Origin: Fimicolochytrium jonesii
Taxonomy: Eukaryota
Length of the DNA: 64,000 nt
Reading direction: 5' to 3'
NCBI RefSeq assembly: GCF_025526975.1
Contig: NW_026515692.1
Coordinates: 248,001-312,000, forward strand
A program made the translations under genes and the position numbers. Shown in pieces: positions 25,126-38,963 of the stretch. Each line of letters starts with the position of its first letter. Position 1 is the first letter of the stretch. The notes beneath the pieces were generated by a model, which saw only the letters and a list, made by a program, of their open reading frames with translations, was not told where the DNA came from and did no database searches.

Positions 25126-27148
25126 TCACTCGCCTTTCTTCCCACTCGCACTCGCATTCCCACTCTCACTGCCACTCCCACCCCCACTCGCTCCACTGTC
25201 TTCAGTCCCACTCCCACTCTCACTCTCGCCACCACCACTCCCACTCCCCATCTCACCCTCCATCTCCCTCTCAATCCTCTCCAAAACCCCCTCCAAAACC
25301 CCTTCCCTCTCCCTCCCCCTATCCCTCCTAAACTCCAACGCCGGAAACTCCCTCCTCCCATTCCCCCCAAGTTTCTCCATAACCAGTTTCCGCACCGCGG
25401 GCTGGTACATCCTCAACGTCTCCTCAACCTCCTTCGGCGGCACATCCGAGTCGGCGAGGATGTGGTAGTAAACAAACACGGACCTTTTCGATGCCGACGG
25501 CGTGATGCGTGCGAGTGACCAGTGCGTGTGGAGCGGGAGGAGCGCGGAGGTGTGCAGGTCGGTGAGAGCCGTGTGGATCTTTGTCGCCAGTCTTCCCTGC
25601 CGTTTGCCCAGCTGTGGGGCGTCGTCGGCTGGTGAAGGGGAGAGGTTGCGGTTATCGGGCGCGCGGGGTTTGAGCGCGGGGGTTTTGTGGATGGGTGGGA
25701 TGAGACGATCGAGGGCGGCTTGTTTTTGGGCGCGGCGCGCGTCGGCTTCGTCTTGCCGGAAGGCGGATTCGAATTTGCCGGGGATGTGGTGGGTTTGGCG
25801 GACGCCGGTGAGGGATTTGGGGAGGTCTTCTGGTTCGAGTGATGGGTCGTATGGGGTGGGTGGGGAGGGTGGGGAGGAGGGACGGCGACGGGTTGGGGAG
25901 CGGTTAGGCCCGCCTTTTGCGTTGGCTAGGGCTGTGGCGAACTGTTGGAATGTTGGGGGGTCGGATTGACGTGCGGTGGTGGATGTGGAGAAGGCGCGGG
26001 CGCCGAGGGGATTCGTCAATTGTGAGGAAATGCGGCCTAGGAATTTCTTGTAGAGGCGGCGGTGGGCTGCTCCCATGGGTACGAAATGCCCACCGTCGTG
26101 GACTAGTGCCTGCGGGCCCTTACGCAGGGGCGCGCTGTTGTCGGCCTCGTCGGCCGCGGGGGCTGGCTCAGAGTCAGCAGTAGTTCCAAACAACTGCATT
26201 AATCTCTCGCTCTTGAAGGGCGGCACCCACGTATCCGCCCTCCCAAACACATGCAAGGACGGCACACCACCCAACATCGCCGCGCGTTCCTTCAGAAACC
26301 CCGCCCAGCTCGCGTCCCTCGGCAAAAACCCCGATACATGGATCGAGAACAATGGCTTCGGCTCCAATTGCGGCAACGCGATCGCCGCCATCGTCGCGCC
26401 TTGCGAAAAGCCGAGGATTCCATGAAACCTCGTCGCGCTGAGATCGGCTGAAGGTGAGGACCACATGGAACTGATAGCGGCTAAAGAGTCGTCGATGCCT
26501 TCGTAAATTTCGGCGGTTTCTTTGAAGCGGAACCATGCTTTGGGGCCTTCTGATTCGGTTTGGGAGAAGCCGGGTGGGAGGTGTTCTGGGGCGACATCGT
26601 GGGGTGCTGACATGAATACTGAAATTCAAAGGGAAGTAAGTCAACCATCAATCTGTCAAGCATCACTAGTCAACCGTCAACAAATCAACCCGTCAACCCA
26701 TCAACCCATCAACCCATCAACCATCAACAAACGATACCCTGCTCGCTTCGCTCGCAATGATGTTGTTCCGGTGGGCAGTAGCGTAGCTCGCTTCGCTCGC
26801 TAAAGATCTGACCCTTGCTGAGGGTCGCTAAGAGCCGTGGTTAGGGGAATTGCGCCCTTGGCGCAACAAAGTCGCTACGCTCGCGGTCCCTTCGCTCACG
26901 CCACAAGCACTTCGAGAATCATACACGGACTCACCTAGCTCTGCGGTGTCCTTTACATCTTTCCGCAAGACTGCTAGCCGCTTGCGAAAGACCTGGTTGA
27001 CAGAAATCGGTCAGGCCGTTTTGCGTTGTGAGAGTCTCCGAGTTCCCTTTCCTTTCCGTACCTCGGCATTCTGGGTATATCCGTGCAAGCAAAGAATCCG
27101 GAGAGGAGCTTTCGCGGCGACTACTGCAGTAGCGACGGCGGCTGTCAT
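25126..27148 (-). CDS. FSH1/OVCA2-family serine hydrolase fused in frame to a C-terminal RbfA-like domain
   Basis: LRILCLHGYTQNAE in exon 1, nucleophile GFSQG, Asp in GRADTWV, His in GGHFVP. The frame continues without a stop into KRQGRLATKIHTAL...SKRSVFVYY...FPALEFRRD. Introns at ~26994-27061 and 26619-26934. Confidence 0.85.
26640..26730 (+). repeat. Degenerate (CCATCAAC)n minisatellite inside the FSH intron
   Basis: Direct reading: tcaacccgtcaacccatcaacccatcaacccatcaaccatcaac. Confidence 0.8.
26733..26913 (-). other. Conserved structured intronic element, copy 2 (FSH gene intron 2)
   Basis: Sense strand reads GAAGTGCTTGTGGCG, GCGAGCGTAGCGA, TTGCGCC-AAG-GGCGCAA, CCACGG, GACCCT..AGGGTC, AGATCTTT, two GCGAGCGAAGCGAGC, CAGGGTATCGTT. 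Confidence 0.8.
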
Positions 27149-27687
27149 TCTTCTGAGACCCGGTTGCTTGGGGGGGAGCGGATTGTGGAGTGGGAGTAGA
27201 TGACGGGGCCGACCCGGTTAAGTCGGAAACAGCAGACAGACACTCGGACGGGCTCCCCACAGCTCCGACGCCAAATGATGTTGAAGAAGTCGCATCAGCG
27301 TTTGTTCAGAAGCGAATTTCCGCCCCCCCTTAGTGATGGTCTGAGTAATGATGGTCAACGCGCGTTAGGGTTAGGGCTATTGGATGCGGCCGTCTCGTCT
27401 CCGGTCACACAGGCGTTGACATTTGAACCTTCTGAAAACACTTCTGCCAATCAATTTGGTTGCACACATGGGGTGAAAACAGTCTTCTCCATCAAGGGGT
27501 AACATGTATGTAACATCATGCACAATCTTATATTATATTTGCAATGAGGAAGTACTTTTGGGGTCGAAGGAATCTAAAAGTTCTGGGTGGTGGTGCGCCA
27601 TGTGACATTATACGCCGAGGGGAGTTAACCGCATCCAATCCCGTCAGGGAGTGAAGGAGGCGGAGAAGGATTCGATAGGAAAGCCAT

Positions 27688-29652
27688 CTACATAACCTCC
27701 AACACCCCTATCCCCAACAACCCCAAGCCCGTCTTCAACAGCTCCGCCGTTGCCTCACACAACCTCAACCGGCTCGCCCGAACCTCGCCCTCCGACTTCA
27801 AGATCGGGCACGCCTGGTAGAACTGCGAATACGCGCCGGCGACGCGGTAGAGGTATCCACACAGGTGGTGCGGGCAGGAGGTGGCAATCACGTTTGCGAT
27901 CTCGTCGGGGAATTGGAGGAGGGTTGTTGCGAGGACGTGTTCGGCGTTGTGGGTGAGGACTAACTTGGGTGGTGTTGTAGTGGTCGTGGTGGCGATGGGT
28001 GCGGAAGAGGAGGCTTCGGTGGCTGCGGTGGCGCCACGGCCGACGGCGCGGCATCGGGTGTACGCGTACATGAGGTAAGGCGCCGTGTTGCCCTCAAACT
28101 GGACCATGGCGTCGAGGTCGAACACATAGTCGCGGTCGCGCTGTTTTGAGAGGTCAGCGTACTTGATGGCGCCGATGCCGATTTTGTTGGCGATGTCGCG
28201 GACCTGGGCGTCGGTGAAGCGGTCGGCTTCGGAGCGTTTCTCGTTCTTTTCCTTGGCCAGGGCGTAGGCGCGTTCTTGAGCGGACGCGATGAGTTCGGCG
28301 AGTTTGATAGTGCCGCCTGTACGGGTCTTGAAGGGCTTTTTGTCGGCGCCCATCATGGTACCGAAGCCAACGTGCGTGGCTTCCACGTTCTCGGGGAGGA
28401 AGCCGGCGCGGCGGGAAACGTCGAATAGTTGGCGGCAGTGGAGGGATTGACGGTTGTCGATCACATACAATAGCCTGTCGCCCTTGAGGTGGCGCACACG
28501 GTATCGCATAGCGGCCAAATCGGTCGCGGCGTACCCAAAGCCGTCTCCGGTCTTCTGGACAACAAACACGGGTTTGCCCTTGCCGAAATCCTTCTGGAAG
28601 GCGGGTGTGTAAACGACCTTGGCTCCCTGATCGACGGCAAGGATACCGGCCTTGTCGAGGTCTGTGACGACATTTGGAAGGTCCGCATTGTATGACGACT
28701 CTCCATAGGCATCGGAGCGCTTGATGAGTACTCCAAGGGTGTCATAGATTTTCTGTAAGCAGAAGTCGTTAGGGAATTGGTTCCTTCCACCTCTCACGCA
28801 GCTTTCTCAACAGATGTACGCGGCCGTCCTTACCTGGGCGTGCATCAGCGACACCTCGACGATCTTCTCCCACTTTTTCACAATATCCGCATCTCCAGCT
28901 TGTAGCTTCACGACGTAATCCCTAGCACGGTCGGCGAATCCCTCCTCCACGTCGAATCGAATCTTGGCCTGGACGTACAGGGCCTCAAGATCCTGCAGCT
29001 GGTCGAGGTTTACATCATCCGTGTCGTAGACGTGCGCAATCAGCATTCCGAATTGTGTTCCCCAATCTCCAACGTGGTTTTGGCGAATCACGTCAGCTCC
29101 TACAAATCCGAGGACTCGGGCAAGGGCGTCTCCGATGATGGTGGATCGAAGATGTCCGACGTGCTAGAATGGGGCGACCCCAGAGTCAGCGATGGGCGTG
29201 CGTAACGGACCGAAAGTCAAACGCTTGTACAAGCAGCTTACCATCTCCTTCGCAAGGTTAGGACTCGAGTAATCAAGAACCACCCGTCCCGTCCATTCTT
29301 CAGCGCCCAACCTGGGATCCGCACCCCAGAACAGCTTGTTTATCCTGTCGCCCAACCACGCATCATCCAGTTTGATGTTGATGAACCCCGGCCCATCAAC
29401 GGTAGCTTTCCCAACACCCTGCAAGTCCAGCTTCTCGACAATCTGCTTCGCAAAGTCCGTAGGATCCAGCTTCAGGCGTTTGGCGGCGCTAAGGATCCCA
29501 CGGACTTGGATATCGGCGAGAAGAGCCTGTTTTGGGTTTCCGGCACCCGAGGTATATCCGCAATCTGCTACTGTGGGGATTTCTGCGGCGGCCGTGGAGA
29601 CGGCCTTGATGGCCGCTAGGACCCGGGGCTTAATGAGTTTGAGAATGCTCAT
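27688..29652 (-). CDS. Arginyl-tRNA synthetase, bacterial (E. coli ArgS-like) type; 3 introns
   Basis: [23 protein letters not shown] (HIGH region), [39 protein letters not shown]-terminal [13 protein letters not shown]. Confidence 0.95.
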
Positions 29653-29982
29653 GTTGCTGAGCTTTGTTCTGAGAGGTAAAATAGAAAATAAGGCGCACCT
29701 TAAGTACGATGCCTTGAGAAAAATTGTGTGACGACGTTAACTGAGACGGCGGAGGGCGTCCCCCGCGGGTTTATATACCCCACATGGACATCCGTTGCGC
29801 CACCGCCTGTTGCTCTGTGCTGCTCGTACTGTACCTCCGTTGATCTGGTCCGTGGGAATTCGCTGGGCAAAAAGCTGTACACAGCCGAGATGGTTACAGG
29901 CGAAACCCTAATGCGCTTCTTTGTCACATGATCAGAAGTCGTGAATCACATGAGTCTAAATTAATGCTTCCTTCGTAACGGG

Positions 29983-30008
29983 CCTAACCCTAACCCTAAC
30001 CCTAACCC
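29983..30008 (+). repeat. Interstitial telomere-type repeat (CCCTAA)~4
   Basis: cctaaccctaaccctaaccctaaccct, ~330 bp upstream of the ArgRS start. Confidence 0.9.
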
Positions 30009-30097
30009 TTTGTACAACAGGTAGTGGTTACACGCCCGAGAACGCGTTCTCCAAATGTCTCCGTTCTCGTCGCTCGACGACTCTTCGCGCGTCAACC

Positions 30098-30574
30098 TTG
30101 CCGTGCGACCAAAGCAAGGTTCTTTTCGAATTGAAGCGTCGTCGCGGGACCCTGTGCGAACCAGAAACCGCTATTGAGCCCGTCTATCACGGGCGCGGCG
30201 GCGGCGGACGCGGACACGCAGGTGTTGTTGAAGCATCTGGGTGCGGCGGACATCTCGCCGATTCTGAACTACCTGCGGAAGACGGCGTGCGTGAAGAACG
30301 GGGCGACGTACTGTGCGGCGGATGAGCATGACGCCGCGCAGAGGGGATGGCGGTGGATGCTTGCACGCCGTGTGCGAAGGCCCAGTATGATGCTTCGGTG
30401 GATACCCCTTCGTTGCCGGCGTATGCGAAGCCGACGGTGGATGGAGAGGTGGCGAAGGTGAAGACGCTGTTGGATGCGTGCCCGGCTGATAAGCTTGCGA
30501 ACTCTACCACTGCCCCGAAGACGTCTGGGGCTATTGCGATTGCGGGTCGCAACACTGTGATGTTGACGATTTGA
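30098..30574 (+). pseudogene. Fragment of a Cys-rich secreted or GPI-anchored-like protein, frameshifted
   Basis: TACVKNGATYCAA, then DACTPCAKAQY...LLDACP...TAPKTSGAIAIA in a different frame. No intact N-terminus. Confidence 0.4.
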
Positions 30575-30680
30575 GAGTCTGGAAAGGGATCATTTTTGTT
30601 GTCGGATGGTAGTTCTGCAAATGTGACTCCAAGTCTGTTTACTCACATGTATCATACATAGACATAGAGATCTCGTAGGG

Positions 30681-30761
30681 AATTGAATAAGGTCCTTACC
30701 GCCTGGGCCAAATGCTGTTTGTACGTAATTGAATAAGGTCCTTACCACCTGGGCCAAATGC
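30681..30761 (+). repeat. 35-bp direct duplication
   Basis: AATTGAATAAGGTCCTTACCRCCTGGGCCAAATGC at 30681-30715 and 30727-30761. Confidence 0.9.
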
Positions 30762-30859
30762 CTCAATTTTATCTCATACGCCGCAACACATACGATATAT
30801 CTATTCACAGGTCCACTCAAGAGTACGCCGTAAAGATAAATTTCGACCATCCACAAATC

Positions 30860-32635
<1,776 letters not shown>

Positions 32636-33021
32636 GGCGACGACTTTTTGTTGGTTGCTGGTCAAAAGGAAGTTGAGTGGAGGACTAGCGCCGGCGACGT
32701 ATGCAGCTGATGAGCTTGTGGATATACAAGGCCCCTCCCTCGTTGGGAAGTGTTTGTCCTTTTATATACGTATGTATATGCTTTGGTGGTGGAGGATGCC
32801 AGTTGATGCCGGTTGGATGCGATTCACATCTCCGCCCGAGGAGCCCCGCGTCCATGACTCACCATGACTCACCTGTTATCTATGCCCACTGCCCTGCCCG
32901 CCCGTCTGTCCCGTGCCAGCCTTCTCGGTTTCGATCGTCGACGACAGGCGTGGCTGGACTTCGGACTGCGTGCAAACCGCAATCTCGCATCCCATATATA
33001 CAACAGCGACCAACCACCAGG

Positions 33022-34755
33022 ATGGCGTTTCGGCTCGGTCTACTCTCAGCCGCGCTGTCGATCCCCGTCCTCTACTCCGGCGGGCCAAAGTTTGTTGCCC
33101 CGGTGTACGGTCAATTCCTCTCGGAACAGCACCATTTCGAAGCGGCTTTGGGGTCCGTCGTGCTGGGTGCCGCTCTTGGATATGCTTTTACGTCCGTCAG
33201 AGCGACGGCTGAAAGTAAAGCACGACCGCATACTGTGATTTCCCTGCTTGTGTCGTTACTCCTAACAGCAGCGCCGGGGGTGATGCGAACACTGTTCTCG
33301 CATAGCAGAGAGTGGGGCCCAGAATGGGGACCTTTGTTGACCATGGCGCCGGTGTATGCGGCGATAGCCCTCTTGTCGGCCGTCGCAGTGCTTGCTACAC
33401 CAGCACTTAATCCCTTCATGGAAGCGACGGCAGTGTCCGCGGCCCTCATCAGCAGTCTGCGGAGAGCGGATGCAATCGTGGACAAGATTGGCGAGTTTAC
33501 AGGCGGCAGCAGCACGTGCGGATTTCTGAGATTTTTATCGTTCTTTTGGCTGTCTCAGACCGCTGTAGATGCGTTGATGGCAGGGATGAGCACGTCCCCG
33601 GCCGTTGTTGCGACCACCGACGCGAAGAATGACGGCAAGAAGCCTGGCAAAGCTGCCAAAGCTGCCAAAGCTCTTGCCAAGACGCCCCAGGCATCTGCAG
33701 CGAAAAATAGGCTATTTTCTATGGGGGCGTTGATCGTTCTGTCAACCGGAACAGTCTTCCTCGGTAGCCTGTTCCCGGAATCCCGTCAGTGCAGCGCTTC
33801 GGTGAAGTTGGACAACAAGTACGAGCTCCTCGCTCTGAACGAGTCCGTTACCGGATATCTGTACGTCATTCAAGACAACAGCAAACACGGCGGCATGCGA
33901 TTGATGCGATGCGACCATTCGCTAATTGGCGGTGGCTACCCAGAATACGACTTTGACTCGGTATTCGGAAGCTTCTACTTCCTAGACTTTGTGCAGTACA
34001 TCACGAGCGGCAGAGCCTCTGCGACAACGACGCGCAAAGCTTTGCAGATTGGTTTGGGCGTAGGGGCGTCCACAAAGACGCTCTTAGAACATGCCCGAGT
34101 GTCGTTAGATCTGGTGGAGCTGGATCCCTTGGTGGTTGAATACGCGAAAACGTACTTTGCACTCCCGGAACCTGCCACGACGCACATAGGGGATGGGAGA
34201 GCATTCATCGACGACGCACCGGACAACACCTACGACTTTGTCATTCACGACGTGTTCACCGGCGGTGTTGTCCCAGGCAAGCTCTTCACGGTGGAAGCCA
34301 TAAGAGGCGTCAAACGGGTCCTCAAACCCAAAGGTGTCCTCGCCCTCAATTTCGTCGGCACCTTGGAATCGATCGCCACAAAATCGGTCGTGAGCACCCT
34401 CAAGGACGTGTTCCCCTACCTCGAGATCTACACCGAAGACAAGCTAGAGAACCTTGCCGAGTCGCCGCTTTACAACATGGTGTTCTACGCGTCTACGCAC
34501 CCAATCACATTCACGATTCCGGAAACGGCGACGCTGCCACATACGTCGCATATGTACAGACATTTCGTGGATAGGTTCCCTGCTAGTCGGGCGACGGACT
34601 CGCCAGTGTTTGAGGAAATGGTGGGGAACCTGGATGAGAGGCTGATCATCACGGACAAACACAACCCCCTGGCGACGTTGCAAATCGAGAGTGCCGAAAA
34701 ACACTGGGGGGTCATGCGAAAGTTGTTTGATGATGAATTCTGGACGGGATTCTGA
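33022..34755 (+). CDS. Membrane-anchored spermidine-synthase-like SAM-dependent transferase; intronless
   Basis: Several N-terminal TM helices, then RCDHSLIGG, ALQIGLGVG, VELDPLVV, IGDGRAF, YDFVIHDVFTGG, LKPKGVLALN. Confidence 0.88.
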   Translation: MAFRLGLLSAALSIPVLYSGGPKFVAPVYGQFLSEQHHFEAALGSVVLGAALGYAFTSVRATAESKARPHTVISLLVSLLLTAAPGVMRTLFSHSREWGPEWGPLLTMAPVYAAIALLSAVAVLATPALNPFMEATAVSAALISSLRRADAIVDKIGEFTGGSSTCGFLRFLSFFWLSQTAVDALMAGMSTSPAVVATTDAKNDGKKPGKAAKAAKALAKTPQASAAKNRLFSMGALIVLSTGTVFLGSLFPESRQCSASVKLDNKYELLALNESVTGYLYVIQDNSKHGGMRLMRCDHSLIGGGYPEYDFDSVFGSFYFLDFVQYITSGRASATTTRKALQIGLGVGASTKTLLEHARVSLDLVELDPLVVEYAKTYFALPEPATTHIGDGRAFIDDAPDNTYDFVIHDVFTGGVVPGKLFTVEAIRGVKRVLKPKGVLALNFVGTLESIATKSVVSTLKDVFPYLEIYTEDKLENLAESPLYNMVFYASTHPITFTIPETATLPHTSHMYRHFVDRFPASRATDSPVFEEMVGNLDERLIITDKHNPLATLQIESAEKHWGVMRKLFDDEFWTGF

Positions 34756-35452
34756 TCCGCCCTTTCGGCATCACAATCATGGACGTAGATATGACCGCCG
34801 GGTGGCCCATGCTCTTTATGAGCTATTCTCTTTCAGTACACGGTCACAGCAAATCCCTCCGTCCCACCCATCGATATATCAACAGCTCTATAATCTGCGT
34901 CGCGGAAGCTTATAGTAGTCGCCATGCACATCTCCACACGCAATGGCACGCATCCGACAAATACCGTGCGGGGGGATACGATGAAGATCGAAGATGAGGA
35001 GCGGTCGGTCACTGAGAGGGAAGCAGGGTGGGGGACGGATGGTTGACGGGGGGCCGGCCGGCTTTTGCAGTGCCGTCGATTTTCATGTAACCAAGTGACT
35101 ACGTTTTCTTCACTTCTCAATACATCATACAGACGATCGGGTTGTATCTCCAGCCCTCTCGGAAGGGCCCATTGTTTCCATCAAGCTTCTTTTGACGCTA
35201 CATGGTGGCATTCGTGAAGATGGGCAGGACTTATGTGGTGGCCCCTGAGTTTCGTCGCGGAAGGCTGTTTATTCGCGCCCGGAAGGTCATTATTTCGCGC
35301 ATACAACAGTACAGTAGTAGTCCGGTCGTTGCGATCGTTGCATGATCAGGCCCCATTACCCTCCCCACCAGTCCCATTACAAGCAAGACTGCGTGTTCCA
35401 TCCTTTGAAAGAAAGACGGACTTCTAAGCACTGGCAAACCCACTCGTAAACC

Positions 35453-37276
35453 ATGTCCCGCACCGCCCGCACCCTCCCCTCGACGCTCCGCATCCACGCC
35501 CTCGCGCGTCACCTCACCCACCCCAACCTCGCCATCCCGCTCGCCATCCCCGCCGCCGCCATCCCCTCTTCAGCACATGCTTACAGTACGAACGCTGGCG
35601 CAGGAGCAGGCGTAGCTCCGACCTCATATGCGGCACTGATGTATAAGCAGTTTGGGAACCCCACTGATGTCTTGAGGTGTGTGGTTTTGTGTCGGGGACA
35701 GGTTGGAGGAGAGGCAAGGGAAGGGAGGATGCGGGATACCACCCGAGTCCCAACGCAGGAACAAGAGCTTGATCTGGAAATCCTTCATTTGTCCTTACTG
35801 TCCGTTCAACGGGTGAATCCTAGATTGGTACATGTGCCGCTCCCACCACTCACATCCTCAACCGTGCATGTCCGTTTCTTGGCGAGCCCTATCAATCCGG
35901 CGGACATCAATCAGATCCAAGGTGGGTTTGTCTGTCCAAGAGTATACTTGCTTGATGCGTGTGGATGAATTGGATGGAAGATCACCGCATTGGAACATAT
36001 TCCCATAACATCGCATCTCCCCACAGGCGCATACCCCATCAAACCAACCTTCAACGACACATTCGGCGCCATCGGCAGGAACGAAGGGGTTGCGGAAGTC
36101 ATCGCGGCCGGCAGCGATATTAAGGGTTTGAAGGTTGGCGATTGGGTCATTCCTGAGGACAGCGGATTTGGTACATTGCGTTTTGTGACCTGCGGATGTG
36201 GTGAGCCGTCTATTGAGGGTTGAGATATGATGTAAGAACATGGAGAATGCATGCACGTTTTATGGAGGTGGAGCTGATCAAGTTGCCAAAGGAGGGCGTG
36301 TCGAAGATTGCAGCTGCTACTATTAGCGTCAACCCGTGCACTGGTGAGAAAAAGACCATATGGGCTGTCAAAAGAGGACGACTTGCCACGCTGAAGACTG
36401 ACCCCTGTCTCAGCATACAGAATGCTGAAAGATTTTGTCGACCTGAAGCCGGGGGAATGTGGTTATCCAGAACGGCGCCAACTCGGGGGTTCGGTCAGGC
36501 TGTTATCCAGCTGGCGAAGGCGTGGGGGTTCAAAACCGTCAATGTCGTGCGTGATAGGTATGAGCAAAGATCTATTCGATGCAAGTTCACCACCCCATCC
36601 CTTCACAATCACTAGATCACTCACACTATCCCCTCACTAGACCCAACATCGATGACCTCCGCGCCCACCTCACCTCCCTGGGCGCCGACCTGGTCATCAC
36701 CGAACAAGATCTGCGGATGCCCGAGACGGCCGCAAAGATCAAAGCACTCGCTCCTCCCGCTTCCGATGGGGACTACAACAACGGAGGGGGGAGCGTCAAG
36801 CTGGCGTTCAATTGTGTGGGCGGGCACAGCGCTACTAACCTTGTGAGGCTTCTGGGGTGAGTTGTGATCGGAGAGTTGTTGATTGACAGTGAGAGATGGG
36901 TGTTTGATTCATGGTCCAAGTGTCCGACTTACCCACCGATCATGATTTTTGATGGAAGCCACGATGCCCACCTCGTAACCTATGGCGCCATGTCCCGCAC
37001 CCTACTCACCTTCCCAACCTCCCCCTTCATCTTCAAAAACCTCTCCTGTCACGGCTTCTGGATGGCCCGCTGGAACACGCGGCGCGACACCTCCCTGCGT
37101 GAGCGCATGCTGTGGATTTGTGTGGCATGATTGCCAAGGGCCAGTTGAGGGAGGTGCGGTGGGGGAAGGTGGGGTTTGCCAAAGGCGGGGGGAAGGAGGA
37201 GGAGAGTAGGTTGCTGGGGGCGGTGGGGAAGGCGGGTGAGGGATTTGCGGGGGAGAAGAAGGTTTTCGTCATGTAG
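35453..37276 (+). CDS. ETR1: Mitochondrial enoyl-ACP (trans-2-enoyl-CoA) reductase; apparent frameshifts in this sequence
   Basis: Presequence-like N-terminus, FLASPINPADINQIQG, AAATISVNPCT, IQNGANSG.GQAVIQ, LAFNCVGG, LVTYGAMS. Single-base indels near 36455, 36490 and 37112. Confidence 0.9.
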
Positions 37277-37780
37277 ATCTATCCTGTCGACCACGGCCAT
37301 CATCACTTTCAGTTTCTACCACCGCGTGTTCGCAAGCGATCGGCGTCACCACCCTCCCTTCCTCCTTGTTTCATTTGCTTATCATCATTCACTCCTAGGA
37401 AGGAAGGCCGTATCAAAGAATGCAGCTTTCATAAATAATCGAGAATCAAACCAGAATCGTCTATGTATACAATATGACATACAGTAGTCCGATGGTTGCG
37501 ATAGGTGCATATTCTAATCAGGGGGATCGTACGAGTTAATCGGATCTGCTCAGTAAGCTTCGAACTCTTACGCCGACATCTCTGCATCCCATCCCCACAT
37601 CTTCCATCTCCACATCTTCCACGCAATAGTGCGATGTATTCCCCTTCCGATGGCAAGATTCGCAAAACGAAACCGGGCATTTCTTGCACTTCGCCATCCG
37701 CCATGTCCCCTAATGCCCGAAATATGTATATAATAGAACCAAAATGCGTAGGAGAGCAGAGAGAGCATGCAATATATGAC

Positions 37781-38963
37781 TCAAAATGCCTCATCCCGAT
37801 CCTCCGTGTCCTTGATATTCAGAACCTCGACCTGCCCGCGTCCCTTAGTCTCGCCCGCCACGGCGTCGGTGATGGTACGAAAATGGCCTGGATCGATTAG
37901 ACAGACCTTTGGGGAGGGAATAAGAATCACATTGATTGGCGGTCTGTCTTGGAATACCTGTCGTTACGATTCGCAAAAGACACTTACCATCTCATAATCC
38001 TCCCCCCAATCCTCATCCTCCACCTTCACAAACCCGACCACCTTTTCCCTCACCCTCTTCCCCTCCTTCCCACCCACGACAACCCTAACCCGCATCTGCG
38101 CCCTAGCGATCGGGATGACCTTCTTCTCCTGCAGCTGTTTTATAACCTCCAACGCCTGCTGCTTTGCGCTCCGATTGGGATTGACGCTGAAATGCATCTC
38201 GGTCATGGCCTTCTCGATCATGGTCACCGTGTAAGGGCGGTTGGTGGACGGGTTGATGCATTTGTCGGCGACGGTGGTGGCGATGTCGCGGGAGAGGTTG
38301 GTGAGGGATTGCGTGCGCTCTTTTTCAGAGACTTGTTGTTCGCCTTTGCGGAGGATCTGCAAAAGAAATGTATGGGGGGTTTAGCGTGCGTGGCTGGGGG
38401 GCATTGATACCCCATGTACGACTGCTCAACATTACCTCCAGGATGATCTTATCCAAATCCCCCGTCTTGAACGCCGCCTGCAAATCCTCCTGCTTGGCCG
38501 TCTGCCCCTTAGACACGTTCACAAACACCGACCGGGTCTGCAGTACATTGTCCAGATCCGTTTCCCTAAAAAGTGCCCCCCTTTTGTCAGTATCCCCATC
38601 CTTTTCGCTCAAAGACTGAGTATGCGGAATCGGAATGAGGTCCGTCCCACCCATTTCGCATACACCCCCTCCCTACTCAGGTCCGACTAATGGCTTCATC
38701 CACCCCAACTGCGTCCCTCCACCCACCGCCCCTCCCGAAAACTCACACGTTATTCCGCCACTCAGTGACTTTATTCTTATAACACGCAATCTCGAACCGC
38801 TTCCCCCCCTTCTTCAGGCGGACGACGGATACATTCGTTAACCGGATCTAACATGGAAGACGAATGGGGTAAGTGGGACGGGGGGGAGTGGAAAAACCAG
38901 CACGGGAGTGGGGCTGAAGAAGAGGCGGACCTGGTTGCTGGGGGTGAAGATGTTTGATGACAT
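37781..38963 (-). CDS. SDO1: Ribosome maturation factor SBDS/Sdo1; multi-exon
   Basis: [51 protein letters not shown] [16 protein letters not shown]. Confidence 0.97.

Noticed and set aside
26835..26850. CGTGGTTAGGG resembling the start of a pistol ribozyme
   Set aside because: The required downstream CCACG pairing strand and other core motifs are absent, and the match is antisense to the transcript.
30681..30761. CRISPR-like repeat-spacer-repeat
   Set aside because: Only two units with an 11-bp gap, in a eukaryotic context with no cas genes.
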